Numbered from the stretch's first letter, positions 8,629 through 19,118 are shown. The stretch: DNA of 64,000 nucleotides from an uncultured Candidatus Saccharibacteria bacterium (GCA_964507955.1 CAZDRR010000001.1:344-64343), one strand, 5' to 3'. The notes: a model not told the origin generated them from the sequence alone. Numbers and translations are program-made.

Positions 8629-10689
8629 ATGAACGACGGACAAAAAAGAGGCTATCAAAAACGATCTGATTATTGGAACAAGTTTCAGAAAAAAGATGTT
8701 TCCATAGAATCTTTTCTGACACCAACAACTACCTACGAACCAGAATTAATTGGTGAAAGTTTTTATCAGGCTTCGGCATCTACCACGTCGTCTGGTTCTT
8801 CCAATGCAAGCCGTAGCAATCGCATTCACAAATCTTCTACAAAGGATAGATTTAAAAATATTGCAGAGGGTCTTTTGCCATTCAATTATACTTCTGATTT
8901 GGTAAATGCGAGCGAAGCTATCGAGCTATGCCAAAAAGCTTACTTCAATATCCCTACTTATAGGGCTACGATAGATTTAATGGCTGAATTTGCTGATGCA
9001 GAACTCTATCTTGAAGGGGGTTCTGCAAATGCAAAAAAGTTCATTAATGCTTGGTGGAAGCGCATTCAAATACATAATTTGAAGGGGCAATTTTTCAGGG
9101 AATATTATCGTTCGGGAAATGTTTTCTTTTTTCGTTTTGACGGAAAATTTAAATCAAATCAATCCAAGAAGGTCATTGAAGCTTATGGAGCGACAAATGC
9201 CAGAGCAGGAGTCCCTGTGAAATATCTTTTGCTTAACCCAACTACAATCGGCACCAATTCTACCCTTTCTTTTGATAATAATTATTGTAAGATTCTTACT
9301 TCTTATGAAATTGCACGCTTGAAAAAACCTTTGACGGAACAAGAAAAAGAATTCTATGAAGCTTTACCTCCAGAAGTTAAACAATCTTTGCAAGCCTCCT
9401 CGCGAGTAGGAAACCATATCCAATTTCCATTGGATAAAAGCAGGTTACATGCTGTTTTCTTCAAAAAGCAAGACTATGAGCCTTTTTCAATTCCATTAGG
9501 TTTTTCTGTTCTTGATGATATCAACAAAAAACTGGAACTCAAGAAAATAGACCAAGCTATCGCGAGGACTATTGAAAACGTTATTCTGCTTGTTACAATG
9601 GGCGCGGAACCCGACAAAGGCGGAATCAATGCTGCGAATATGGCAGCAATGCAAAATATTTTCAAAAATCAAAGCGTAGGTCGGGTTCTTGTGGCCGATT
9701 ATACAACAAAAGCGGACTTTATCATTCCTGACTTGAATAAAGTTTTAGGTAAAGAAAAATACGAAGTTCTGAATAAGGATATTGAAGAAGGTTTACAAAA
9801 TGTATTACTTGGCGAATCAAAGTATGCGGATACTCAACTTAAATTGCGCATTTTCATGCAACGTTTGGAAGAGGCTCGCGAGGTTTTCCTTGTAGAATTC
9901 CTACAACCAGAAATCAAGAGAATCTGCCTAAATCTTGGTATTAAAAATATTCCAGAAGCAAAATTCAAAACAACTGATACTTTGGACAATGCAGATTTGC
10001 AGAAATTAGTTATTAGAATGACTGAATTGGGTATTCTAACTCCAGAACAAGGAATCTCCACAATCAATACGGGAGCGTTTCCAAAGGCAGAAGAACTCGC
10101 ACCAGCACAAGAAAAATTCCTTTCGGAACGCGAATTAGGCTATTGGACTCCTTTGGTGAACAGCATTCAAATTCAACAACAGGAAGATCAATTGAAGCAA
10201 CAAGAGTTCGATAATCAATTGGCGCTGAAACAGCAAAAACTGAGCGAAAAAACCGCTGAAAATCAAGTCAAGATCGCCAAACAAGCGGCTACTCAAAAAC
10301 AAGCGAATAATAAAACCGCATCTGTTTCTGGACCTTCGGGCGGAAGACCAATGGGAACATCGAAAGCCGAACAATACTCGGCCAAGAATATTTCCCAAGC
10401 CGTGAAATTGATCAACGAATTCGAATTAAGAGCTTTTAGGGATTTTGCTTTGAAATTTGGGCTTGAACAACTTGAAGGATCGAAGCAAGAAACTGTGGAA
10501 AAAATCTGCGAACAAATCATTTCTTCTACAGAAATAGGTGAATGGGATGATGTTCTGGCCAGCGTTGTTGAAGATATATCAAACTTGGCTGAGAAAAAAA
10601 TCTCGGATAATGTTCTACAAATTGCTGAAAAACACCAATTGGATGATTTAGCTGCATCAATTTTATATCATTCAACAAAAATTGTGTAA
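8629..10689 (+). CDS. portal protein (putative)
   Basis: 686-aa ORF immediately downstream of terminase; size and position typical; C-terminal Q-rich coiled coil; no motif-level confirmation. Confidence 0.5.
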   Translation: MNDGQKRGYQKRSDYWNKFQKKDVSIESFLTPTTTYEPELIGESFYQASASTTSSGSSNASRSNRIHKSSTKDRFKNIAEGLLPFNYTSDLVNASEAIELCQKAYFNIPTYRATIDLMAEFADAELYLEGGSANAKKFINAWWKRIQIHNLKGQFFREYYRSGNVFFFRFDGKFKSNQSKKVIEAYGATNARAGVPVKYLLLNPTTIGTNSTLSFDNNYCKILTSYEIARLKKPLTEQEKEFYEALPPEVKQSLQASSRVGNHIQFPLDKSRLHAVFFKKQDYEPFSIPLGFSVLDDINKKLELKKIDQAIARTIENVILLVTMGAEPDKGGINAANMAAMQNIFKNQSVGRVLVADYTTKADFIIPDLNKVLGKEKYEVLNKDIEEGLQNVLLGESKYADTQLKLRIFMQRLEEAREVFLVEFLQPEIKRICLNLGIKNIPEAKFKTTDTLDNADLQKLVIRMTELGILTPEQGISTINTGAFPKAEELAPAQEKFLSERELGYWTPLVNSIQIQQQEDQLKQQEFDNQLALKQQKLSEKTAENQVKIAKQAATQKQANNKTASVSGPSGGRPMGTSKAEQYSAKNISQAVKLINEFELRAFRDFALKFGLEQLEGSKQETVEKICEQIISSTEIGEWDDVLASVVEDISNLAEKKISDNVLQIAEKHQLDDLAASILYHSTKIV

Positions 10690-10698
10690 GGAGAATAA

Positions 10699-12252
10699 AT
10701 GGATCTATCCGAGAACGTTCTTCACGCAAGTTTCAATGGCAGTATTCGTGCTGTGGACGAAGATGTTTTGTCCAAAATGGGAGTTTCCCAAGCATCTATC
10801 AACGAAAATGCGGCACCATTATTTCCCGAAGGATTTGACAAAAACAAAAACGTGGATGTTCTACCTGTTGTCTTTAATTTAGCTGTAGTTAATCAATTTA
10901 ATAAAAATGGAGATGGGATAGATGCAAAAACAGCTATGGCCGCTGTTAAACATTTTATCAACAAACCTATTAATGTTGAACATAAAAAGGACAAGATCGT
11001 TGGACATATTCTCAATGCTTCTTTTTCTTATGATGAACAGGATTTTAAAGATAATGATTTAGAAGCTTTTGCCTCTGAAACAAAACCTTTTTATATTACT
11101 GCCGCAGGAGTCATCTATCGAAAGATATTCCCAAAATTAGCGGCGGCAATCATTAAGGCGTCAGATGAAGAAAGTCCTGAGTATAAAAGTATTTGCACAA
11201 GTTGGGAGATTGCTTTCAAAGAGTTTTTGATGACTAAAGGATCTTCCATGTTGGAAGATTGCACTATCATTTCCGATCCAGATGAAATTGCCAAAGCTAA
11301 AAAATGCCATAAAGCTTTTGGTGGCAAAGGTGTTGATGAAAATGGAGTTATCATTAATAGATGGATTGTGGGAGAAACTTTACCGTTAGGTGCGGGCTTG
11401 ACATATGCTCCCGCCGCAAGTGTTGAAGGCGTTTTTGTCGTGGAAGATTTTGAAGAAGAAGATGATTTAGAAGAAACAGATGACGACGAAGAAGAAAATT
11501 CAGCAAATAATAAACAAAAAAATTCCCTTATAACTAAAAATGTTGTAAGGATTGGAAAATTCAAAGAAATTTTAAATATGGATAACGAACAATTCGATAA
11601 ATTCCTCCAAAAGTTAGAAGAGTCTGTGGCTTCTATCGGAACTGCTGGAGAAGGCCAAACCAAATCCGTAGGTTTGGTTGTTAAGGATGCTCTCGTTGAA
11701 TACAACAAGGTTTGGGAAAATAAAGTGGAAGCGGAAAAGCAATCTGCTGCTGCGGACAAACAAGCTTTGGCAAGTCTTCAAGAACAATTCCAAGCCGTGC
11801 AGTCCGAACTCGCGACTCTGAAACAAGAACAGGAAACTCAAGCGGCTGCATCCCTATTCAATCAACGCATGAACTTCATTGATGAAACTTATGTTTTAGG
11901 CGAAGATGAAATCAAGTTGGTAACAGAAGAACTTAAAGCCGTCGCTTCTACTGACGAAGCATTCGATGCTTTTAAAAACAAAATCGGCATCCTATTCGGT
12001 CATAAATCCAAGGCTTCTATCGCTGCAAACGAAAAAGCTATCGCTGATCGTATCGAAGAAGAAGTGGCAAAGAGAAGCAAGTCTCTTGAATCCAACGCTT
12101 CCACTACCGATAACAAGGAAGAAAATCAAGAAGATCTTGAAATCGAAGAAACTCAAGGATCTTCAATTCCAAACAATAACGAAGGAAATTCAAAACAAGA
12201 ATCTTTAATCGAAAAATTCCGCAAGAGTTTCGAAGTTAAAGTAGAAATCTAA
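10699..12252 (+). CDS. putative prohead protease/scaffolding protein
   Basis: 517 aa; AAGGAG SD; globular N-half then highly acidic segment (EDFEEEDDLEETDDDEEE) and long coiled coil, as in scaffold proteins; between portal and capsid genes. Confidence 0.35.
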   Translation: MDLSENVLHASFNGSIRAVDEDVLSKMGVSQASINENAAPLFPEGFDKNKNVDVLPVVFNLAVVNQFNKNGDGIDAKTAMAAVKHFINKPINVEHKKDKIVGHILNASFSYDEQDFKDNDLEAFASETKPFYITAAGVIYRKIFPKLAAAIIKASDEESPEYKSICTSWEIAFKEFLMTKGSSMLEDCTIISDPDEIAKAKKCHKAFGGKGVDENGVIINRWIVGETLPLGAGLTYAPAASVEGVFVVEDFEEEDDLEETDDDEEENSANNKQKNSLITKNVVRIGKFKEILNMDNEQFDKFLQKLEESVASIGTAGEGQTKSVGLVVKDALVEYNKVWENKVEAEKQSAAADKQALASLQEQFQAVQSELATLKQEQETQAAASLFNQRMNFIDETYVLGEDEIKLVTEELKAVASTDEAFDAFKNKIGILFGHKSKASIAANEKAIADRIEEEVAKRSKSLESNASTTDNKEENQEDLEIEETQGSSIPNNNEGNSKQESLIEKFRKSFEVKVEI

Positions 12253-12270
12253 TCTCAATAAACTACGACT

Positions 12271-12870
12271 ATGGCAAATACAATTACAAGAATGCTACCA
12301 TTCCGTCAGTATAATGAACAAGATGTTGTCAACATCTATGCTCTTGATGCTGCTACAGGGCAAGCTGGTTCTCTTGTTAAGGTAAGCAGTGCTGATCTTA
12401 ACGCAGAAACCATCGAACTCGTCAACTATGGCTTTACTAACCAAATGGGCCATGCTTCCTCCCAATATCCACAAAACCCACTAAAGGTTTCGAAAGTTAC
12501 CGCAACGGGTCAAGTAGCTTTGGGTATTCTTCTACGCGACGTTCGCACTGTAGATGAAAATGGTGAAAACCTTCTTTTCTATCCTCAGAAGAAAGACGAA
12601 CTTCAATGCGTTGTTTCTGGCGAAACAGTGCCTATCGCAACTCGCGGTCTGTTCATGTTCAACGTGGCAGGATTAGCGGGTGGTGTGGCACCAGCGATCA
12701 ACTCTTACGCTATTCCTGTGGGCGATGGCCTATTGACAGGCGTTGCTTCTCCAAGCGCAACCCAACTCCAATATTCTGTTGGCAAGTGGATTGCTACTGG
12801 TAGCCGTGCTTCCGTCTCCGATACGGACGCTTTCGAAGGTGCATATGCTCTGTTAAAACTTGAACTCTAA
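12271..12870 (+). CDS. hypothetical head protein (decoration/auxiliary capsid protein?)
   Basis: 199 aa; elevated GC and C-ending codon bias like the capsid gene; directly upstream of MCP. Confidence 0.3.
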   Translation: MANTITRMLPFRQYNEQDVVNIYALDAATGQAGSLVKVSSADLNAETIELVNYGFTNQMGHASSQYPQNPLKVSKVTATGQVALGILLRDVRTVDENGENLLFYPQKKDELQCVVSGETVPIATRGLFMFNVAGLAGGVAPAINSYAIPVGDGLLTGVASPSATQLQYSVGKWIATGSRASVSDTDAFEGAYALLKLEL

Positions 12871-12884
12871 TACCTTATAACTAG

Positions 12885-14021
12885 ATGAAAATTACCCTGA
12901 AAAAAACTGACGAGCAAGTTGCCTTGGTAAAGGCGATGGCAAGCAACAACCGTGATGAAGCTTATGAAGCGCAAGCTGCTGTAGCTACTCTGATGGGTCC
13001 AGTGCTTAATGAAGTGGTTAACAATGCTCCTACAGTGAGCAATGTTTTCACCACAATGTCTTTCAACGAAGACGACAATCCATCTCTTCCATTGGACTTG
13101 TTCCATGACATTACTGATGAAGATTTCATCACCGTTTACTCTCAACAAGTAGCGGGTGGTCTTCCATACAGCCAAGTGTTCCCTGCTCACAATGAATTGA
13201 AATTCACAACCTACAACCTTGATAGCGCGTTCGCTTTCGATAAGAAATACGCTCGCCGTTCCCGTTTGGACGTTGTTGGAAAGACATTCACCCGTATGGC
13301 GCAGGAAATCCTGTTGAAGCAAGAAAAAACCTCCTTCAATGTTTTGGCTTCCGCTCTTATCAACGCTCAAACCATCTCTACTGCGGGTGGTTCCAAGGCA
13401 AAGGGCAACCATATCATTGCAGCGACAACCGCTGATAGGTTCGTCTTGCATGATTTCAACCGTCTGATCACTCTTAGCAAGCGCATCAACGCTTCCTTCT
13501 CTAATGGAACTCCAGTTGGAGGTTCTAAGGTTGGGGTAACTGATTTGCTTGTATCTCCAGAAATGGTGCAAGAACTTCGTGCGATGGCTTACAATCCAAT
13601 CAACACATCCGAAGCTCCTTTTGGTTCGGCTCTTAAAGATTCGATTGCGGCTCCAGAAGCTCTTCGTATGCAACTCTATACCGCTGCTGGTCTTCCAGCG
13701 TTCTACGGCATCAACATTGTTGAAGTCCTTGAACTTGGTATCGGACAACGTTTCAACAAGATCTTTGATGCTCTTCTTACCGCCAATAGCGTATCGCTTT
13801 CTGGATGGTCTCAAACGGCTGACGAAATCTTGATTGGTATTGACCGCTCCCGCGATTCCTTGATTCGCCCTGTGGTTCAAGCCGAAGACGCTCCTTCGGA
13901 ATTCAATCTGATGGTGGATGATCAATTCGTTGGTCGCCAAAACAAGATTGGATATTACGGCAAGCTTGATGAAGGTCGTATGTGTATTGATGACCGCGCA
14001 TTAGTCGGTATCTACGTCTAA
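12885..14021 (+). CDS. major capsid protein (putative)
   Basis: 378 aa; highest GC/codon bias in the window; followed by a very strong terminator; canonical position after scaffold. Confidence 0.6.
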   Translation: MKITLKKTDEQVALVKAMASNNRDEAYEAQAAVATLMGPVLNEVVNNAPTVSNVFTTMSFNEDDNPSLPLDLFHDITDEDFITVYSQQVAGGLPYSQVFPAHNELKFTTYNLDSAFAFDKKYARRSRLDVVGKTFTRMAQEILLKQEKTSFNVLASALINAQTISTAGGSKAKGNHIIAATTADRFVLHDFNRLITLSKRINASFSNGTPVGGSKVGVTDLLVSPEMVQELRAMAYNPINTSEAPFGSALKDSIAAPEALRMQLYTAAGLPAFYGINIVEVLELGIGQRFNKIFDALLTANSVSLSGWSQTADEILIGIDRSRDSLIRPVVQAEDAPSEFNLMVDDQFVGRQNKIGYYGKLDEGRMCIDDRALVGIYV

Positions 14022-14037
14022 TAAACCATAACAACTA

Positions 14038-14069
14038 GGGTCGTCCCGCTGGGGCGACCCTTTTTTTTT
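14038..14069 (+). terminator. rho-independent terminator after capsid gene
   Basis: gggtcgtcccgctggggcgaccc hairpin plus T9 tract. Confidence 0.8.
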
Positions 14070-14103
14070 GTTTAAAATTTAGATTTTCTTTTTATCATAT
14101 AGT

Positions 14104-14544
14104 ATGAGCATTGATCCACAAAAATATCAAGAAGCTGAGAAAGAATATTCTCAAGAAGAACCAAAAAAAGATCTCGATTTATCAACCGTTGAAGAATTTG
14201 AAGTCGCGGATGGTAAAGATCGTGACGAAAAACAATTGGATGAACTGCGTAATTTGGAGGCTTTATTTGGAATCAAGGAGTCAAATCCTTATGGCACAAT
14301 GAATCGCCAAATTTTTAATGAAAAATTGGAAGAAATGACTGCTACTGATATGCAAAATCTTGCGATGAGAGTTGGAGTTCCCCCTTCTCGTAATAAAAAT
14401 GATTTACGCAGATTATTGATTAATTCTTTTAATGATTTTGTTAAAAGACATGATTACGGTGTAGCTTCTGCAATTAAACCAGTCATTAGTCCTTCTTCCC
14501 CTAACTATGAATCTGCTGTAAAGCTATTTAAGGAAGGCATTTAA
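14104..14544 (+). CDS. hypothetical protein (head completion region)
   Basis: 146-aa ORF, acidic N-terminus. Confidence 0.4.
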   Translation: MSIDPQKYQEAEKEYSQEEPKKDLDLSTVEEFEVADGKDRDEKQLDELRNLEALFGIKESNPYGTMNRQIFNEKLEEMTATDMQNLAMRVGVPPSRNKNDLRRLLINSFNDFVKRHDYGVASAIKPVISPSSPNYESAVKLFKEGI

Positions 14545-15029
14545 TGAACGATTTCGGTGATATCGCATATGACATTGTAAAATATGACTTTAAGGAAGAC
14601 GTTTCTCGTTTTCCTATCTCTTATATTTCTGGTTGGTTAGAAACTAATTTAGGAGAACTTAATGCGATAACACACGAAGAATTCTATATTAATGATAGTG
14701 GAAATATCGGGCCTAGTGGTTTAGCTCCAGTTGAAGAAAATATCTTTCGCAAATTATATACAATCCATTATTATAAAAAAGCTTCGCGAGAAGTTCTGAG
14801 AGGAATTGTCTGGAGCGATTCTTCCAGCGCGTCTGACTGGATTTCTATTAAAGAAGGAGACTCTTCCGTTCAAAGAACCAGTAAGAATTCCATTGCCAAA
14901 ACTCTTTCAGAAATGGCCACGAAAGAAGAAGAGGAATTAAAATTTCTTGTTTATTCTTATAATTCTGCCAAAGCCTCCCCTATTCAAGTTTTTGGAGAAG
15001 ACGCTTATTCTCCATTAATAACTAATTAA
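14544..15029 (+). CDS. hypothetical protein (head-tail connector region)
   Basis: 161 aa; AAGGAAGG SD; start overlaps previous stop. Confidence 0.4.
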   Translation: MNDFGDIAYDIVKYDFKEDVSRFPISYISGWLETNLGELNAITHEEFYINDSGNIGPSGLAPVEENIFRKLYTIHYYKKASREVLRGIVWSDSSSASDWISIKEGDSSVQRTSKNSIAKTLSEMATKEEEELKFLVYSYNSAKASPIQVFGEDAYSPLITN

Positions 15030-15031
15030 CA

Positions 15032-15478
15032 ATGCCTTCTCTTTTATCAGATGCCGAAAAAACAAGTGTTAATGCTATCTTGAGGGATTTGCATGATACC
15101 TTTGCGCAAGATATTGTCTTATATACAGAAATTAGAGAAGAGATTGTCGATGATAGTGACTATAATCCCCTTTATGGTCGAAAGAAAAATAATGGACAGA
15201 GTTCTTCATCTATTTCTTTTGCTAAAGAAACTGTTCAAGCTAGAGTCGCATATGTAAACGATCAAACTGATTTGCCTGACGCTTTAAGCAATCAATCAAA
15301 TATTTCTATTTCGAAAGGAATTGTTCGTTTGAAAATAAAAGAGGATATTTTTGAAAAAATAAAAAATGCAGCGAAGATTGAGATTGATGATCGGCTTTTT
15401 TCTTTAATTTCCGACGCGCAAATTGCGGGTCCATTCGGTTCTGAATTTTTTATTGTCTTTTTACAACGTGAAGGCTAA
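15032..15478 (+). CDS. hypothetical protein (head-tail joining region)
   Basis: 148-aa ORF. Confidence 0.4.
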   Translation: MPSLLSDAEKTSVNAILRDLHDTFAQDIVLYTEIREEIVDDSDYNPLYGRKKNNGQSSSSISFAKETVQARVAYVNDQTDLPDALSNQSNISISKGIVRLKIKEDIFEKIKNAAKIEIDDRLFSLISDAQIAGPFGSEFFIVFLQREG

Positions 15479-15560
15479 ATTTTTAAAAACGTCCACGTTC
15501 AATGTCACTGTTAATTCCAAACAGTTGATGAAAGAACTGTCTAATAGTAGGAGTCCGAGC

Positions 15561-16094
15561 ATGACGACTCTTATTACAGAACACGTTCGCCCTCGCGTTC
15601 TAGCGGCTCAAGAAGAAGCTATTCAACAATTTACTCTCCATCCTGTCACTGTGGAAATCCATGGAGGACCATACGCCTCTAATTCATCCAAATTGCTTGG
15701 AGGTATCGGAAACCTATTTTCCTTTATTGGGTTTGAATATGATGATGATCCTACCGAACCAATCTATAATATTCTACAAAGAGATATAAAATTGCATACA
15801 GTCCGCAGAGGGGCTGCTGGCAAATTTACAATCAAAATGGTATTACCAACAAAACAAGAAATTTTTGCGGAAACTCCTATGCCATGGGCCGCAGGACAAA
15901 GTTGGGCGGAAGGTATCGAAAAAGGTATTGCTGGTTTCGGCAAATACATGTATAATGATGAAATTGGATGGAAATCTTCAAGATCGGATAGTGGTTTGGA
16001 GGCTAAAGGAGATTTCCGAAGCGGTAAATTTAAAAATACGAAATATATTTCTGAAATCATCAGGGATTTTCATAAGAAAATAGGAATTAAATGA
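15561..16094 (+). CDS. hypothetical protein; start moved to internal ATG with AGGAG SD
   Basis: Track ORF 15423..16094 overlaps the previous gene by 56 nt; in-frame ATG at 15561 is preceded by taggag. Confidence 0.4.
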   Translation: MTTLITEHVRPRVLAAQEEAIQQFTLHPVTVEIHGGPYASNSSKLLGGIGNLFSFIGFEYDDDPTEPIYNILQRDIKLHTVRRGAAGKFTIKMVLPTKQEIFAETPMPWAAGQSWAEGIEKGIAGFGKYMYNDEIGWKSSRSDSGLEAKGDFRSGKFKNTKYISEIIRDFHKKIGIK

Positions 16095-16963
16095 ATACGC
16101 AATTTGATCACATCTTATTATCTAGTTTTTATTTATGGTTTGAACATGAATTGATCAGTTCGAACTCTAAGGCTTATGTCACAAATTTATCCAATGAATT
16201 CAAAAAAATCAATTTTACAGACTTGCCTTCTAATGTTTATGGATATCAAGGGATGTATAGGCAATTGGTTGCAGATAATTCCGTGGATGTTATTAATTCT
16301 GGCATTTTTATTAATGGAAATTTCATTTCTGGAGGAACTCCTAACATCTTTTTGGACTATGATAATGGAAGAGTTATCGTCCCAAAAGCTTCTGGTGCCT
16401 CATTAACTATTACCGCTAATTCTACGGTAAAAGAAATCAATACCTATATTGCGAATGATGATGATGAACATCTTTTGATTCACGGAGATTTTGTCGAACA
16501 AAACGCATCTCAACCATATTTCTATAATAAGGACAATCAACTTGATGAAAAAACGTATTTCTTACCTGCTTGTTTTATTTCTTTAACCAATTCTGAAAAC
16601 GAGGAATTTTCTTTTGGAGGAGAAGAGAATACAAAAACTCGTATTCATGTAACCGTTGTTACAAAGGACGATTATTTATTAGATTCTGTTCTATCGTATT
16701 TCAGAGATAGGGCGAGGGAAATGATTGTTCATATCCCATATGAACAATATCCTTATGGACGGTTCTCTTCTATTAAAAATTATCCATATAGTTATGAGGC
16801 TTTGAAAAATTCTCAAACCATTACTTCTGCCAACGTATCTTTGATTGATAAAGTCTCTTGTTCAAAGATCACCAATTCCGCTGTAAGAAAAGCGATCAAT
16901 AAAGACTTTTCGGTAGGATTTTTAGATTTTGATCTGGAAACTTATAGATTCCCTAGAATTTAA
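16091..16963 (+). CDS. hypothetical protein (tail completion/neck region)
   Basis: 290-aa ORF overlapping upstream stop. Confidence 0.4.
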   Translation: MNTQFDHILLSSFYLWFEHELISSNSKAYVTNLSNEFKKINFTDLPSNVYGYQGMYRQLVADNSVDVINSGIFINGNFISGGTPNIFLDYDNGRVIVPKASGASLTITANSTVKEINTYIANDDDEHLLIHGDFVEQNASQPYFYNKDNQLDEKTYFLPACFISLTNSENEEFSFGGEENTKTRIHVTVVTKDDYLLDSVLSYFRDRAREMIVHIPYEQYPYGRFSSIKNYPYSYEALKNSQTITSANVSLIDKVSCSKITNSAVRKAINKDFSVGFLDFDLETYRFPRI

Positions 16964-16995
16964 AAATGTGTAATTACAGGAAATAACTTACCATT

Positions 16996-18123
16996 ATGGC
17001 TAGAACAAGAATTATTTCTCAATCCAAAGCGGTGTATGCTTCTTCCACTGGCGCACCAACAACTCCTGATCAACTTCACAGAATTGATAAATTCTCTTTC
17101 GACGTTGATATCGCAGGCGCACGACAAGATGTTCGTGAATTCGGTCAATTAGCCCGTATCGCAACTGTTAGAGCGTCTGAATTAACTCCAAAAGTTTCCT
17201 TCGGTTATTATCTGACAGATGGTGAAAATGAAGGACATTTGGGTTTTAACATCAAAGGACTTACAGGATCAGTTGGAGGAATTGGATTGTCTGGGACAAG
17301 TCAATTTATTTCGGGTATTCTATCCGAAGACGCATCCAAAAAAGAAAAGAACATTTATGTAGTAACCGTAGGAGAAGGCGTTGATGCTTTTGATACGAAC
17401 TTCACTGGACAAAGAGCAAATCACTCTACCATCGGTTTCGGTAATGCGAACGTAACAAGTTATACAGCGAACTTTGCTGTCGGTGAAATCCCACGCGCAG
17501 ACGTTGAAATGGAATGCGGAAATATTATTTTCTATTCTGGATCTACTGGTATTAATCCTGCCGTTAATCGTCAAACTGCTGCATCTATTGGTGGCAGCTT
17601 TACTCTCCCTGCTCCTTCAACTGGAGACAGTGCTGTTGACGTATTAAAAGCGGGCGATGTTGCAGTAAGTTTCTCCGCTTCGTCTTTTGGTATTGGTGGA
17701 GCAAATTTCTCCAATATACATATTCAAAGCGCAAGTATTGAAGTTCCTCTTTCCCGCGCTCCAATCGAAAAACTCGGAAGCCAACTCCCATTTGCTCGCA
17801 CTTTGGAATTCCCAATTAATGTTACTTGCACAATCAATGGTATTGTCGATGACTTCACCACTGGAACACTGCAAACTCTATTGACTGGTTGCACAATCAG
17901 CGCAGGAACAGATATTGGAATTGTTGTTACTGATCGTTGTGGAACTAGCGCAAGAAAAGTTGTTTATCTATTGAAGAATGCCGTTCTCGATAGCCAAAAC
18001 TTCTCTATCGGCCTTGATGATAACGAAACAGTTGACTTAACATTCTCGGCGCAAATCGCGGGAACAACCACAACTACGGCTGGTGTGTTCATGTCGGGTT
18101 CTTCTACAACGACATTCGCGTAA
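16996..18123 (+). CDS. major tail (tube) protein, putative
   Basis: 375 aa; elevated GC/codon bias; Gly/Thr/Ser-rich beta-rich composition; followed by strong terminator; located before chaperone-like pair and tape measure. Confidence 0.45.
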   Translation: MARTRIISQSKAVYASSTGAPTTPDQLHRIDKFSFDVDIAGARQDVREFGQLARIATVRASELTPKVSFGYYLTDGENEGHLGFNIKGLTGSVGGIGLSGTSQFISGILSEDASKKEKNIYVVTVGEGVDAFDTNFTGQRANHSTIGFGNANVTSYTANFAVGEIPRADVEMECGNIIFYSGSTGINPAVNRQTAASIGGSFTLPAPSTGDSAVDVLKAGDVAVSFSASSFGIGGANFSNIHIQSASIEVPLSRAPIEKLGSQLPFARTLEFPINVTCTINGIVDDFTTGTLQTLLTGCTISAGTDIGIVVTDRCGTSARKVVYLLKNAVLDSQNFSIGLDDNETVDLTFSAQIAGTTTTTAGVFMSGSSTTTFA

Positions 18124-18142
18124 CCAAAATTGAATGATAATA

Positions 18143-18179
18143 CCGCTCCTCCTGTTTGGGGGGAGCGGTTTTTCTTTTT
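18143..18179 (+). terminator. rho-independent terminator after major tail gene
   Basis: ccgctcctcctgtttggggggagcgg hairpin plus tttttcttttt. Confidence 0.75.
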
Positions 18180-18194
18180 AGTGTAAAATGTAGT

Positions 18195-19118
18195 GTGTCA
18201 GTAACCCGTGTTCATTCTAGTAACTCTCAAATTTCTGTTAACGGAACCAGATTAACAGGCGTCTCACAATTTTCTTTCTCAAAAGAACAAGATGCTACTG
18301 ATTTAAGAGGTCTTGGCAGTTTTTATGTAGATGATCGAATTACACAATCTAATTCTAAAATAGAAACAACTATAGAATGGGCTTTAGGCAAAAACATTTC
18401 CGATCCATTTTTCGATATTCAACAAAGCGGACTTCTCTCTATAGAAAATTTCTTAATTGAAGCTAAAGATACTGTCGGAACTAATACTTTTAGTGGAGCT
18501 TATTTAACATCTTACGGTATCAATGCTTCCGTTGGGGATATCATCAAAGGCACCGTCAAATATGATGTGGATTCTCAAAATTGGAGTCCAAACGCCTTAT
18601 CTATTACCGATCAAACAAATGATTCCTGCCTTCCTTTTGTTCCAAGTAGAATAACAATTCATTCTACTGCCGAAGGGGGAGTTTCTTCCTCTGGAATGTC
18701 GATTCAATCCTTTAATTTTTCACTTCCTATTAATAGAAAGCCTGTTAAACGTGCTGGTAGTAAAAATGTTTCATTTAGATATCCAGAATTGCCGATTATT
18801 GGAGATATTTCGTTTTCTATTTTGAAAAATACCTTAACGGGTATGAAAGAAATCACGGTTTTGGAAAAAGGAACTATAGAAATCAATCTTGAAGACTGTT
18901 TAACTTCTGGAGAAAGAAATTTTCTTTTTCAAAATTGTAATTTGATTTCAATTAACGAATCTCTCAGTTTAGATGGGAATGCTTCTATTGATTTTGGTTA
19001 TAAATTTTCTTATGTTGATGTTTACGATACTCAAAATTATCTTCTTGATTCCAATAATTTAATTATGAAATCTTCTGAAGGTTATATTCTTCTTCCAACA
19101 TTAGTTTTTGCACCATGA
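18195..19118 (+). CDS. tail-associated hypothetical protein (start uncertain)
   Basis: Track start 18156 is a TTG inside the terminator stem; first plausible in-frame start is GTG 18195; no in-frame ATG nearby. Confidence 0.35.
   Translation: MSVTRVHSSNSQISVNGTRLTGVSQFSFSKEQDATDLRGLGSFYVDDRITQSNSKIETTIEWALGKNISDPFFDIQQSGLLSIENFLIEAKDTVGTNTFSGAYLTSYGINASVGDIIKGTVKYDVDSQNWSPNALSITDQTNDSCLPFVPSRITIHSTAEGGVSSSGMSIQSFNFSLPINRKPVKRAGSKNVSFRYPELPIIGDISFSILKNTLTGMKEITVLEKGTIEINLEDCLTSGERNFLFQNCNLISINESLSLDGNASIDFGYKFSYVDVYDTQNYLLDSNNLIMKSSEGYILLPTLVFAP

Noticed and set aside
11115-11759. 214-aa minus-strand ORF inside the scaffold/protease candidate
   Set aside because: Low-complexity Ser/Leu-rich antisense reading of an acidic coiled-coil coding region; no independent signals.
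12867-13940. 357-aa minus-strand ORF antisense to the capsid gene
   Set aside because: It lies entirely within the GC-rich, codon-biased + strand capsid ORF, which has a dedicated terminator. Long antisense ORFs are expected by chance in GC-elevated coding sequence. It has no motifs and is not translationally coupled to anything.
14060-14103. Bacteroidetes-type -33 TTTG / -7 TAnnTTTG promoter downstream of the capsid terminator
   Set aside because: TTTG and TAGATTTT are present, but the spacing (about 9 bp) is far from the roughly 19-21 bp required; it was not called.
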